The position numbers and the translations under genes are program-made. The notes under the pieces are model-generated. The model ran no database searches. It was not told the origin of the DNA and worked only from the letters and a program-made list of their open reading frames with translations. 64,000 nt of DNA, taken from the NCBI GenBank assembly GCA_964016885.1, contig OZ024743.1, positions 51,584,001 to 51,648,000 of the forward strand, in the 5' to 3' direction. Shown one piece after another: positions 24,511 to 37,541 of this stretch (positions are counted from its first letter, which is position 1; every line of letters starts with the position of its first letter). Source of the stretch: Eledone cirrhosa (lineage: Eukaryota).

Positions 24511-25818
24511 TGTCCCACCTCTCTTCAGCTATTCTCTGGTTATTGATGATGGTCATCATGCATTGCTGGGGGTTATATTTTTTTGACTCAAGCTATATGT
24601 GTGTATATATATGTGTGTATATATAAATGTGTGTGTATATATATGTATGTATATGTGTATATATATATATATATCACCATCACCGTTTTGATGATGATGA
24701 TACATACACACACACATATACATATATATATATATATATATATATGGAGGGTGATTTTGGACACCCTGCAGGACAAAAAACAAAATCTGACAAAGGGCGG
24801 AAGAACTCATAAGAGTCAACGGCCATCCCAAAACGTGTAAATATGTATATACACATGTACATATGTGTGTATATGTATATGTGTATATGCATGGGTGCAT
24901 GTGTATGTATATGCATGGTGGCATAGAAATAGTCAGGCTGGATACCCGATTGCGCAGTTAAACCATTGGGAGTGAAGGACCCCTAGCCTTTGTCAGGGCA
25001 TTCTTCTAGGAGAAGGCAACTCAGGAAACTGGGATAACTCCAATATAAAACCTGTGGCTCAGTAGTTACCGATGATGCTGATCGTTTCTTCTTTTCGGGT
25101 TATTGCTACTGTCGCTCAGAGAGTGGGATTGGCTCAGTACAGTCTTTCCTCACTTTAAAAATATCTTCACACACAGGCATTGCACGATGGAATTAATTAA
25201 TAATTATTAATAATGGCATATCATGCAATGGCCATACTTGATAACGAAGGGGAAGCCATCATCATATTTATATATATATATATGTTTCACATGTAATATA
25301 ACACTTTCATTACAGTATTTTTAATGAAAGACACTGCCTCTGGTTTTCAAATAATTTTTAAAATAAAAAAAAATTGTAATATAATTAACTTTCTCACAAA
25401 TGTTCTTACATAAAATTATTATGGAAGGTTTTTAAATAAATATAAACATTTTAAAACAAACATGCCTAAAAAGGTTGTGAGTACCCTTTGTGTGAACAAC
25501 ACAACCTCTCTAGTGTTGGAGATCTACACAGTAGACACACCCTGTACAGCTATAGAGTGGTTGTTGAAGGGCATCTAGCTGTAGACAGCTTGCCAAACAA
25601 GGGGTTATGACAGTATGTAAGCAGGATACAGACCCCCTGGCCTGTCAGGGAGATCAGTAGCTCCACTACAGTACTGACTTGGTCTATGTAGACCCATCCA
25701 ACCCATAGGGAAAGCTGACATTAAATGATGACTTCTATGACGTAGAACCAAGAGCAATATTATTTTAGTATCCAAAATGCTAAAAACTTGATAAAATATT
25801 TGTTGTCTTCTATTTCAG

Positions 25819-25925
25819 TGGCTGGTGTTCTCTATGTCCATATCCATGGTGCTACCAATTTACTAGCTGCTGATAAGAATGGAACCTCAGACCCTTATTG
25901 TGTTGTCTTCTCAGAGAGAAAAAGA
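25819..25925 (+). CDS. Exon D: start of a canonical Ca2+-binding C2 domain
   Basis: tttcag acceptor, gtaag donor. Reads (V)AGVLYVHIHGATNLLAADKNGTSDPYCVVFSERKR, with the classic C2 'A.NL.AAD.NG.SDPY' motif. Confidence 0.92.
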
Positions 25926-25964
25926 GTAAGAACTTTAATTAGATTTTGATGTTGGTTTTCTTGG

Positions 25965-26140
25965 TTGCTGCTGGTGGTGGTGGTGGTGGTGGTTTGTTGG
26001 TGGTGATGGTGGTGTTGTTTGTGGTGTTGTTGTTGGTGGTAGTGGTGATGATGGTGTTGTTGATGTTGTTGGTGGTGATGGTGGTGTTGTTGGTGGTGAT
26101 GGTGTTGTTGGTGGTGATGGTGTTGTTTATGATGATGATT
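25965..26140. repeat. (TGG/TGT/TGA)n trinucleotide repeat
   Basis: Directly visible, duplicated at ~48977-49152. Confidence 0.9.
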
Positions 26141-26548
26141 CATGACAAAGGCACCCAACCCAGTCTGTGAAGTGGTTGTGTTGGTGTCACGACAAAAAGC
26201 ACCCAGCACACACTGTAAATGTGGTTGGTGTTAGGAAGGGCGTCCAATCGTAGAAACTAAGCCAAATCAGTTCTGAGTGAATCATTGTCTCCTGACCTGG
26301 TCCTTCACAAGGGGACAGCCCATCCTACCCATGCTAGCATGGAAGATGGATGTTAAATGATGATGATATATATATACATGGACACACTAGAAGAGGAAGA
26401 CCAAGGTTAACATATGTTGATGCCCTAAGGACAGACACTGGTCTGTTGGAGATGCAGGATATGGCAGCGATAATGAGGGACAGAGACCGCTGGAGAGAAC
26501 TCGTCCATGGATCTCGGGAATTTCACCCGCCTTAGATAGATAGATAGA
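26140..26548 (+). mobile_element. RTE-type 3'-UTR fragment followed by the 3' end of another LINE with (TAGA)n tail
   Basis: Shared 3' UTR motif to 26366, then GHTRRGRPRLTYVDALRTDTGL...DRDRWRELV and tagatagataga. Confidence 0.7.
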
Positions 26549-26559
26549 TATATATATAT

Positions 26560-26935
26560 GTTTATCCCGGGTTCAATCGGGGGTAACCACAGTAAGTAAG
26601 GTACTCAATACAAAGCAGAGTATAAATATTTAATATAGAAAGGCTTCTACAAGACTAGAACTGTTTCATTCGGGAGAAATCATCAGGAAGCTGACCGTCC
26701 AAGTAATATGGTGGTATTTATATCTTTTCTGGTGGTAGGAGAGGGTGATGATTGGGATGGGTGGAGGTCATTGGTTGATGGGTTTAAAGAAAAGGGAATT
26801 CTTTAAAAACTATATTTAGACTAACAAAGGCAGAAAGAATTCTATAGACAGGTTCACACTGGGGGTGCCACTCCTGATTTTTAAGGTTCACTTAAGTTAA
26901 GAATGCCTTTGGTCAGATGTCTACAAGCACATTCA
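26560..26935 (-). mobile_element. Penelope-like pseudo-LTR / retrozyme-like unit
   Basis: Minus strand order is CCAAT boxes, TATAAATA, hammerhead, AT-rich terminator and 'tattgagtac', a motif shared with the fold-back elements. Bounded by microsatellites. Confidence 0.55.
26643..26691 (-). ncRNA. Type I hammerhead ribozyme motif
   Basis: gcttc-CTGATGA-tttc tccc gaat-GAAA-cag ttctagtc ttG-TA-gaagc. Perfect 5-bp stem I, intact core, 4-bp stem III, GUA cleavage triplet. The first pair of stem II is a U-U mismatch. Confidence 0.75.
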
Positions 26936-27135
26936 CACACACACACACATATAAAAACCCCACTCCCACACACTCGCAAAAACACACACTCTTATACCCA
27001 TATATATATATATATATAATGTACCTATAAAATGCAATATGAATGAATGTAAAATGAATATTCCATTCAATGTTTATTTATCCCTCTAACAAAATAAATG
27101 ACAATATTTTTGAAAAATAATTTCTTATATTCCAG

Positions 27136-27219
27136 ATTGTTACAACTCCTTATGTTCCACGGTCTTTAAATCCAAGATGGGAAACCCATTCTGAGTTCTT
27201 TGTCAAAGATTTCACAAAG
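27136..27219 (+). CDS. Exon E: C2 domain middle
   Basis: ttccag acceptor, AAG|gtac donor. Reads IVTTPYVPRSLNPRWETHSEFFVKDFTK, with the C2 'SLNP.W' motif. Phase 0/0. Confidence 0.92.
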
Positions 27220-28052
27220 GTACAATACCTTGCATATCATCATTTTGTTTTGAAAATCATTTTACACATAATCCCTCTCTTTTACCCATATTTTTCACTT
27301 ATATCTGAGACAAATTTATTCATTTTTATTTCAATAAATAAAAATGAAACCATTCCATATACAGTTGATCACTTATTATTGGCCCCAAATGTTGATTTAT
27401 TACCACACCTCTCATGAAAATGTTGATCCTAGTTTTTCATGGACAACATATCAGCATTTGTGAATCAAAATATAATCCTGAACATAAATGTTACAATGAT
27501 GAACTTAATATTTCTATACTATTATATTCTGATGTACACAAATAGAAATATTTATAAGAGCTATGGAGCTTTATTTATAAGTTTTGTTAGTAAAAAATGT
27601 GTTTTGCAGTGTAGAAACATTGGTGTTATTACTGTAATACATTAAATTTGTTTTGTCTATTTTTGGTGTTATGGACTGTAATGGGAATTTCAGCTACTTA
27701 AAAGTAATATCCATGTAATAGTCGATCCTATAAATTTGCCAAAAATACTCTAAAAATGAGATTTTTACATGAGTATATATGGTAATCTTGCTAACTTTAT
27801 ATTTCTAGGTCAATTGTGTCATGGTGTTACAACATACATTTGTAAAGTGTTTTTCTCTAGATATCACTTTATATATACGACTTTATTCCAAATCACACTA
27901 TGCTAGTGCTGTTACTAATTAAAACATACATATATCTATATTTACATGTGTAGATTAAATTATGTACTGAGCATGTATGTCTAGTTATTTATCTGCCTGT
28001 CTATCAGCCTAGCTATATATCTATCTGCCTATCTATCTTTTGTTCAATTCAG

Positions 28053-28142
28053 ACCAAATTAAGTTTTTATGTCTTTGATTGGGATGGAAGAAATATTATT
28101 GACGACGATTTTCTTGGCTGTGCCTTTCTCGATGTATACCAG
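28053..28142 (+). CDS. Exon F: C2 domain Ca2+-binding loop 3
   Basis: ttcag acceptor, CAG|gtaagt donor. Reads TKLSFYVFDWDGRNIIDDDFLGCAFLDVYQ, with the C2 'V.D.D....DDFLG' motif. Confidence 0.92.
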
Positions 28143-28303
28143 GTAAGTTCCTCTTGATAACCCCTGCTCTTATATACACATCATTGTGTTTTTTTGTTCT
28201 TGTCAACCCTCATTGTTTTCTACCTTTATTGATGTACACCAAGTAAAGATATTGTTGTTCATTCTGCTCTTGTTAATATCTCATTTTGTTGAACCTTGAC
28301 TGT

Positions 28304-28425
28304 AATAATAATAATAATGAAATTATTATGTACAGTGCTCAGGTGCACTACAACTCATTAAAGGTGCATGTATAGTACATAGAATAATGTACAAATGTCA
28401 GGGAAGTGAATAGTGTATGAGTCAT
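28304..28425 (-). mobile_element. 3'-end fragment of the CR1 family at 17800
   Basis: Near-identical to 17800-17920 (aataataatgaaattatt.tgta.agtgctcaggtgcactacaactc...). Duplicated at ~51316-51437. Confidence 0.8.
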
Positions 28426-29304
28426 GATATATATGTAAAATGTTCTACAACTTCCCTCATTATTGGGTTGTACCTTCCTCAGTGTAAGATATTTCTGTTC
28501 TTGTGAACACTTTATTTTATTGTTTCTGCTCTCATTAGTAAAAGATAAATGTAAGTGGACTTTCATCAGTTCCAACGATGAGAGTTTCCAGTTGTTTGAT
28601 CAACGGTACAATCTGCTTGTGGAATTAATGATAAAATGTTTAACATGATAAAAATTGCTCAAATAATTTTTTTTCTATTTTCTTTTGCATCATTTAAAAG
28701 TATAACCCTCTCAGCATTGCATTATTCATTTCTGCAACAACTCTATAACTTTTTGAAATTGTTGCTATCAGTTTTTATTCTGATGTTCAACAAATTCTGT
28801 TATGTAATTGAGCAGATAAGCTTGGTTAAATGGTATCCTTCATTGATGTAACATCTGGTTAAGCTCTGTCTGAAGCTCAATTTGTCAAAACTCTGTGTAA
28901 CTGCTTTATTTAGGTGACTAACCCAAGGGGGATATATATATACAGGCTGTTCTACTAATACACTTTAATATTTCTACTGCAATCTATTACACATTCTTTG
29001 TATTCTCTCTCTCTATATATACTGTATAGGTGACACGTTACTAGTTAAGACCAATAAGACCATTTTTCAACTTAATACTCTATACTTTATTAGAGTGTAG
29101 ATATTATTAGTTATGCCTCAATAGCATATGAGAACAGAAATAAACAGCCAATATTAATTTTATCTACAACAAACATCTAGATCAGCGTTTTTCAACCAGT
29201 GTTCCCTGGAATCATAGGGTTCTGCAAGAGGTTGCTAGAGGTTCCACAAGAAACAGAGAAGTAGGTAGATATTAATAATGGTATATAACAATTTTTATAC
29301 AGAA

Positions 29305-30015
29305 GTTCCCTGTTAAAAACCTTAAATAGAGAAGGTATTTTCTGGCTGACTCGTGTGTGCCGGGTGGCTTGGATCTCTGGAAAGGCAAAATGGGAGACGA
29401 GAGATTGTTCCAATTACAGAGGTGTCTCCTTGTTAAGCCTCCTCGGTAAAGTCTATGTTAAGTGTCTGGCAAAGAGATGTAGGGAGATTGTCGAGCCCAA
29501 GCTAGCTGACGAACAGTGTGGTTTTCACCCTGGATGCAGCACAGCTGACCAAATATTCACACTGTGCCAGGTCTTCGAGAAATCATGGGAGTATTACCAA
29601 GAGCTATATTTTTGTTTCATAGACCTCAAAAAGGCATATGGCCATGTTCTTTGAGGCCTGTTGTGGAAGGTTGAGTTGTGTTCATGAGTGATGGAAGTAG
29701 GAGGCTGAATTAAGTGCAAGAATTACAGGAGCTGGTGCAGTAATGTGCCAGCTTCAGTAATCAGAAGAAGGTTTAAAAGCCAAACTTGGTATCTTCAATT
29801 TGGCATTCATGCCAACCCTTACTTATGGTCGTGAATCTTGGGTAAAATCTTGGACTGAAAGAATACGATTTCAAACACACGTGGCCGAAAGGTCTTTGGA
29901 GTAACATTACTTGATACAGTGTGTAGCTCAGAGATCATAGAGTCACTCCAGGTAGAGCCGCTACTTCTCCAAATTGAGAGATCACAGCTCCAATATTATG
30001 GGCATGTGGTTAGAA
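29305..30015 (+). mobile_element. Degraded RTE-type LINE RT fragment
   Basis: CSNYRGVSLLSLLGKVY...EQCGF...DQIFTL...FIDLKKAY, then decayed LTYG.ESW and YGHVVR. Duplicated at ~52320-53030. Confidence 0.8.
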
Positions 30016-30294
30016 TATATATATATATATATTGTTATTTAAACATTTGATGGAATTTATCATTTAAAACAATGTTGGTCTTCGTGTTTCAATAGCTATG
30101 GTACATCATTACAAATAAAGAAAGAACGGCATCAATGATAAAACTTCCTCTTTATCAATCTGCTACTCAATTCTCTTGGGAAAAACAACTCACATTTCCA
30201 TTTTCTTATAAATTTATTACTTCACATCTTGGCTAATGTTGTGATCAATGTTGCCCGATGGCTAAATCTATCACCAATACTCTCATTAGTCTCA

Positions 30295-32220
30295 TAGGTA
30301 CCAGTACCACCAATACTCTCTTTAGGTACTAGTATCATGCTACCCTTAGGTACCAGTACCACCAATACTCTCCTTAGGTACCAGTACCACCAATACTCTC
30401 CTTAGGTACTAGTATCATGCTACCCTTAGGTACCAGTACCACCAATACTCTCCTTAGGTACTAGTATCATGCTACCCTTAGGTACCAGTACCACCAATAC
30501 TCTCCTTAGGTACTAGTATCATGCTACCCTTAGGTACCAGTACCACCAATACTCTCCTTAGGTACTAGTATCATGCTACCCTTAGGTACCAGTACCACCA
30601 ATACTCTCCTTAGGTACTAGTATCATGCTACCCTTAGGTACCAGTACCACCAATACTCTCCTTAGGTACTAGTATCATGCTACCCTTAGGTACCAGTACC
30701 ACCAATACTCTCCTTAGGTACTAGTATCATGCTACCCTTAAGTACCAGTACCACCAATACTCTCCTTAGGTACTAGTATCATGCTACCCTTAGGTACCAG
30801 TATCATCAATACTCTCCTTAGGTACTAGTATCATGCTACCCTTAGGTACCAGTACCACCAATACTCTCTTTAGGTACTAGTATCATGCTACCCTTAGGTA
30901 CCAGTACCACCAATACTCTCCTTAGGTACTAGTATCATGCTACCCTTAGGTACCAGTACCACCAATACTCTCCTTAGGTACTAGTATCATGCTACCCTTA
31001 AGTACCAGTACCACCAATACTCTCCTTAGGTACTAGTATCATGCTACCCTTAGGTACCAGTACCACCAATACTCTCCTTAGGTACTAGTATCATGCTACC
31101 CTTAGGTACCAGTACCACCAATACTCTCCTTAGGTACTAGTATCATGCTACCCTTAAGTACCAGTACCACCAATACTCTCCTTAGGTACTAGTATCATGC
31201 TACCCTTAGGTACCAGTACCACCAATACTCTCCTTAGGTACTAGTATCATGCTACCCTTAAGTACCAGTACCACCAATACTCTCCTTAGGTACTAGTATC
31301 ATGCTACCCTTAGGTACCAGTACCACCAATACTCTCCTTAGGTACTAGTATCATGCTACCCTTAGGTACCAGTACCACCAATACTCTCCTTAGGTACTAG
31401 TATCATGCTACCCTTAAGTACCAGTACCACCAATACTCTCCTTAGGTACTAGTATCATGCTACCCTTAGGTACCAGTATCACCAATACTCTCCTTAGGTA
31501 CTAGTATCATGCTACCCTTAGGTACCAGTACCACCAATACTCTCCTTAGGTACTAGTATCATGCTACCCTTAGGTACCAGTACCACCAATACTCTCCTTA
31601 GGTACTAGTATCATGCTACCCTTAGGTACCAGTACCACCAATACTCTCCTTAGGTACTAGTATCATGCTACCCTTAAGTACCAGTACCACCAATACTCTC
31701 CTTAGGTACTAGTATCATGCTACCCTTAAGTACCAGTACCACCAATACTCTCCTTAGGTACTAGTATCATGCTACCCTTAGGTACCAGTATCACCAATAC
31801 TCTCCTTAGGTACTAGTATCATGCTACCCTTAGGTACCAGTACCACCAATACTCTCCTTAGGTACTAGTATCATGCTACCCTTAGGTACCAGTACCACCA
31901 ATACTCTCCTTAGGTACTAGTATCATGCTACCCTTAGGTACCAGTACCACCAATACTCTCCTTAGGTACTAGTATCATGCTACCCTTAGGTACCAGTACC
32001 ACCAATACTCTCCTTAGGTACTAGTATCATGCTACCCTTAAGTACCAGTACCACCAATACTCTCCTTAGGTACTAGTATCATGCTACCCTTAGGTACCAG
32101 TACCACCAATACTCTCCTTAGGTACTAGTATCATGCTACCCTTAGGTACCAGTACCACCAATACTCTCCTTAGGTACTAGTATCATGCTACCCTTAGGTA
32201 CCAGTATCATCAATGCTACC
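30295..32220. repeat. 52-bp minisatellite, ~37 copies
   Basis: Unit taggtactagtatcatgctaccct+taggtaccagtaccaccaatactctcct (24+28 bp related halves), highly homogeneous. Confidence 0.97.
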
Positions 32221-34000
32221 CATCGATATCAATGTCATTTTAAATGGATCACTGAAAGAAAATCTTGATAGCATGCCATAAAGAGTGACTTCTAACTAAG
32301 AAATATGTTGGTTGTTAGCCATCACCATCATAGAACCACCAAGCCATCACCATCATAGAACCACCATCTAAAATAAGTGAACTAATGTTTGTAGCTGGTG
32401 AAATTCATGCTGTCCTTGTTAAACTTGTTTTTTTAAGGATAAATGGATCCGCAACTCTGCTAACGAATGGACAAACAAGGTGATGTGACTTAGTTATTAA
32501 CTAGATTACACTGACAAAATTATTGGCCATCCCTGCCTTATGTATTATATATATATATATACACATACATGTGTATATATATATACTTTATATAGACATT
32601 TATTGACCCTGCTTTATTATCTTTTATACTACATCAATCAAGCTAATTTATTTGACACTCTCATTTCTTTTTATATACAATACAATAGTGATATACATAC
32701 ACATCTATATATATTACATATATACATATAAATATATCTCTATGGACGTTAAACGATGATGATATATGTACATGTCTATATATGTATATATTACATACAT
32801 GCAATACATACATATATGTATATTACTTTTAGTAAATTATTGACCCACCATTATTTATTTTTATATACAATACTGACATTGTGTGTGTGTATATACATAT
32901 TATACCTAGCAAAATATTGGCTTTCCTTCACTTCTTCTTATACACAATACTTGCATGTGTGTGTGTATGAATAATACTGACATGTGTGTGAGTATGAATA
33001 ATACTCACATACATATGTGTGTGAGTATGAACAATACTCACACACACGTGTGTGAGTATGAATTATCACTTGGCTACTCTTAATGACCATGTTATGTTTT
33101 GGTTGTTTTAAAATAATTATTTCATGCTTGTAAGAGTTTGGCAAAGATGCAACAAATTTAGTTACCAAGACAGTGTTTCCGTTGGATCTTTACATATTTC
33201 TTTATTCTGATAATTCATTTAATATAAAACTTGATAACTTGACATACCTATAGTTTCTATCACTTGTCAGATGACATTAATCCTTTTAAGATGACCCGAG
33301 CTAAAACTAGCTCCAGTTCTATGAAACAAAATCACCCATTTTAAAGGGGTCTTGTATAAATTAAGATTTTTCAACATAATTTTATATCAGAGCAATATGT
33401 TACGTTACTATCTTAGCAATGAAATAATCAATAATTTTACTAAATCCTTCAAGATTGTTCCATAATTAATTGAAAGATGTGCATCATTAGAAATATTATG
33501 AAAGGATTAAAAAAGTATCTTAAGATATATTATGACTAAGTCATTAAAGTGGAACCTAAACCTTAGGTGCGGCTGTGTGTATATGTGTATGTGTATATGT
33601 GTATATATTATATATATATATTATTTTGAAACGGTCAATAAACAAGATGGTTATTGAAGAAGGGCCATGTGATTATACATACTCAGACACATTTATAATT
33701 AAGGGTGGTTTTCCAAAGGGGATCAGAAAGAAACCACAATTAAATAAAGTACTCATTATATTAGTAAAGAACATACATATAGAAATGACATGTACAGGAC
33801 TAAAACTGTTTCATTCCTAGATTGATTTCACACACACAAGACTGTGGCTGAGATTCAATCTTTCATTTCCTATCTGAAAGGGCTGTGTATCTCTACAAAC
33901 CCCCAAGATACTATGTCGGAGTTTACAAATTATATATATATATAACTTTTAAACCCCAACATAGTATATATATATATATCTAGGAGGCACATGGCTTAGT

Positions 34001-34200
34001 NNNNNNNNNNNNNNNNNNNNNNNNNNNNNNNNNNNNNNNNNNNNNNNNNNNNNNNNNNNNNNNNNNNNNNNNNNNNNNNNNNNNNNNNNNNNNNNNNNNN
34101 NNNNNNNNNNNNNNNNNNNNNNNNNNNNNNNNNNNNNNNNNNNNNNNNNNNNNNNNNNNNNNNNNNNNNNNNNNNNNNNNNNNNNNNNNNNNNNNNNNNN
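34001..34200. other. Assembly gap (200 N)
   Basis: Run of N. Confidence 1.
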
Positions 34201-34268
<68 letters not shown>

Positions 34269-34563
34269 ATTATATATATTATATATATATATATAATTAT
34301 ATTATATATATATATATATATAATTATAATTATATATATATAATATATATATATATTATAATATAATATATATATATATTAATATATAATTATATATATA
34401 TATATATATAATTATATATTATATAATATATATATATTATTATATATATTATATATATAAGTATATTATATAATTATTAATTATATATATTATATATATA
34501 TTATATATATAATTTAATTATATATATAATATATATATAATTATATATATATATATTTATAAT

Positions 34564-34596
<33 letters not shown>

Positions 34597-34954
34597 TATA
34601 TTATATTTATTTTATATATATATATATATATAATTATATATATATATTATATATTATATATATAATTATATATATATATATATTATATTATAATTATATA
34701 TATATAATATTATATATATATTATATATAATATATTATAATGTATATATATATATATATATAATATATATATAATATTAATATATAATTATATATAATAT
34801 AATATATATATATAATATTATATATATATATATAATTATATATATATATATATATAATTATATATAATTATATATAATATATATATATAATTATATATAT
34901 ATATATATATATAATTATATAATTATTTATATATTTAATTATTATATATATATA

Positions 34955-34990
<36 letters not shown>

Positions 34991-35192
34991 TAATATAATA
35001 TATATATATATATATATATTATTATATATATATATATATTTAATATTATATATATATATATATATATAATATATATATTATATATATATATATATTAATA
35101 TAATTATATATATTATTATATATTATATTATTTATATATATATATATTATATATATAATTATATATATATAATTATATATATATATATATAT
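34201..35192. repeat. Noisy interrupted (TA)n array
   Basis: Directly visible. Confidence 0.95.
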
Positions 35193-35193
35193 G

Positions 35194-37385
35194 TTCGGGG
35201 AGAAGTGTGTACTTAACGATGATGGCATACTTGCCATCACCGACACTGATAAGAAGGTAGCTTGGAAGTGTCACTACGAAAGGCTACTAAATGAGGAGAA
35301 TAAATGGGAGAAAGACAGTCTCCCCCTTATCGACCCGATAGAGGGACCAGCAGTGTTAGTCGAGGGGAGTATAATAAGTAAGGCAATCAAGGATATGAAG
35401 ACTGGTAAGGCGGCTGGGCCTTCGGAAATAGTTGCTGAGATGCTGAAGGCATCTGGCACGGTGGGACACACCATGGTCACCCGCATAGTTAACCAAGTCG
35501 TACAGAATGGGGGTTGTTCCGAAGGACTGGCATAGCAGCATCATCGTTAACTGTTATAAGGGTAAAGGAGACGCCCTAGATAGGAGTAACTATAGAGGCA
35601 TTAAATTAATCGACCAGGTCATTGAAGGTCACGGAAAAAGTAATAGCGCAACTAATCAGAGAGAGAATTGATCTAGATGAAATGCAGTTCGGGTTTGTGT
35701 CAGGCAAAAGCACCACAGACGCTCTATTCATAGTACGACAACTACAGGAGAAGTACCTAGCTAAAGGTAAACCCCTCTACTTAGCTTTTGTCGACCTGGA
35801 GAAAGCCTTCGACAGAGTCCCCCGCTCCATTATCTGGTGGGCTCTTAGAAAACTAGGCGTTGACGAATGGCTTGTGAGGGCTATACAAGCCATGTATAAA
35901 GAAACAGTCAGCAAGGTTAGAATTAACAACGAATATAGTGAAGAGTTTAGCGTAAAAGTTGGCGTCCATCAGGGCTCTGTTCTCAGCCCCCTACTATTTA
36001 TTATTGCCCTTCAGGCTATAACAGAGGAGTTCAAGACAGGCTGCCATGGAACTCCTATACGCAGACGACCTGACAATCATAGCGGAATCAATGGCCGAGC
36101 TAGAGAAGAAATTCCAAACATGGAAGCACGGCCTAGAGTCAAAAGGACTTAAAATTAACCTGGCTAAGACCAAAGTTCTAGTTTGTAGGAAAGAAAACAA
36201 GGCGGCGGTCCCTTCTGGGAAATGGTCGTGCTCGGTATGTAGGAAAGGCGTAGGTAGAAAACTCCATCTTATGTCCTAAATGCAAAGTATGGGTGCTCAT
36301 AAAAGATGTAGTGGGATCACAGGTAAGCTAACTAAGAACATAGACTTTACATGTGGCCGGTGTTCTGGTGCAATAAGTAGCAGCAAGTGCCCACAAAATA
36401 CTAGCTCTTTCAATTGCGCAGAGGGTTCTATAGAAATAGTGGACAGCTTCCGTTACCTGGGCGATAAAATCAGCAGTGGGGGAGGGTGCTCTGAAAGTAC
36501 TGTAGCTAGAGTCAGAACTGGTTGGAAAAAGTTCAGAGAGCTTATACCACTATTAGCTGCTAAAGGGTTCTCCCCTAAAAATGAAAGGCAGTTTGTACGA
36601 TGCCTGCATACGAACAGCAATGTTGCATGGTAGTGAGACCTGGGCATTGTGTGCAGAGGATATACGCAGACTAGAGAGGAACGAAGCTTGCATGCTCCCC
36701 TGGATGTGTAACAGTAATATACGTGAACGGCAAAGCATAAACGAACTAAGGAAAAAATTAGAGATAGAGGGATCAGATGTTGTTTACTCGAGAGAAGGCT
36801 GCGTTGGTATGGACACGTGATGCGCATGAAAGTCGATAGCTGTATTACAAAGTGCAGGGCAATAAAGATAGACGGTAGCCACGGAATAGGCAGACCTAGA
36901 AAAACATGGGATGAGCTGATAAACTCCGACCTCACACACTTACACCTCTCCAAGACAATGTCACTGGACCGTGACCTTTGGCGGTACTCAGTAACAGAGA
37001 AGACCCGCCTTGCCAGTAGGCATCTCTAACAAAATACACCCCCGTCCCGCCACCACCCCCCACCCCATCCACACCACCCCGTTCTATGTAAAGTTATGTT
37101 GGTGCCGCGCCATCCAGGCCGAAACAAATGAGATCGTGTAGGTGTCACGACAAAAAAACACACAGTCCACGCTGTAATGTGGCCGTGTAGGCAACACGGT
37201 AAAAACCTCCCAGACCCACACTGTAAATGTGGTTGGTGTTAGGAAGGGCATCCAACTGTAGAAAACCTGCCAGACAGTCCTATGCGAGCAAGACAATCAC
37301 TCTTGCCTCAAGTGGGACTACCCCCCGTCCAAACCCATGCAAGCGTGGAACACGGACGTTAAACGTTGATGATGATGATGTATGA
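35194..37385 (+). mobile_element. RTE LINE copy, 5'-truncated, many 1-bp indels
   Basis: Near-identical to 13183-15370 but fragmented into several ORFs. Confidence 0.93.
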
Positions 37386-37486
37386 TATATATATAATTAT
37401 ATATATATATATATATAATATATATATATATAATTATATATATATATATATATATATATAATTATATATATATATATATATATATA

Positions 37487-37539
<53 letters not shown>

Positions 37540-37541
<2 letters not shown>

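Noticed and set aside
25895-26209. His/Gln-rich ORF on the minus strand
   Set aside because: Translation of a trinucleotide repeat antisense to the real exon D and intron.
30295-32220. CRISPR-like regular array
   Set aside because: The units are identical head-to-tail with no unique spacers, there are no cas genes, and the context is eukaryotic. It is a minisatellite.
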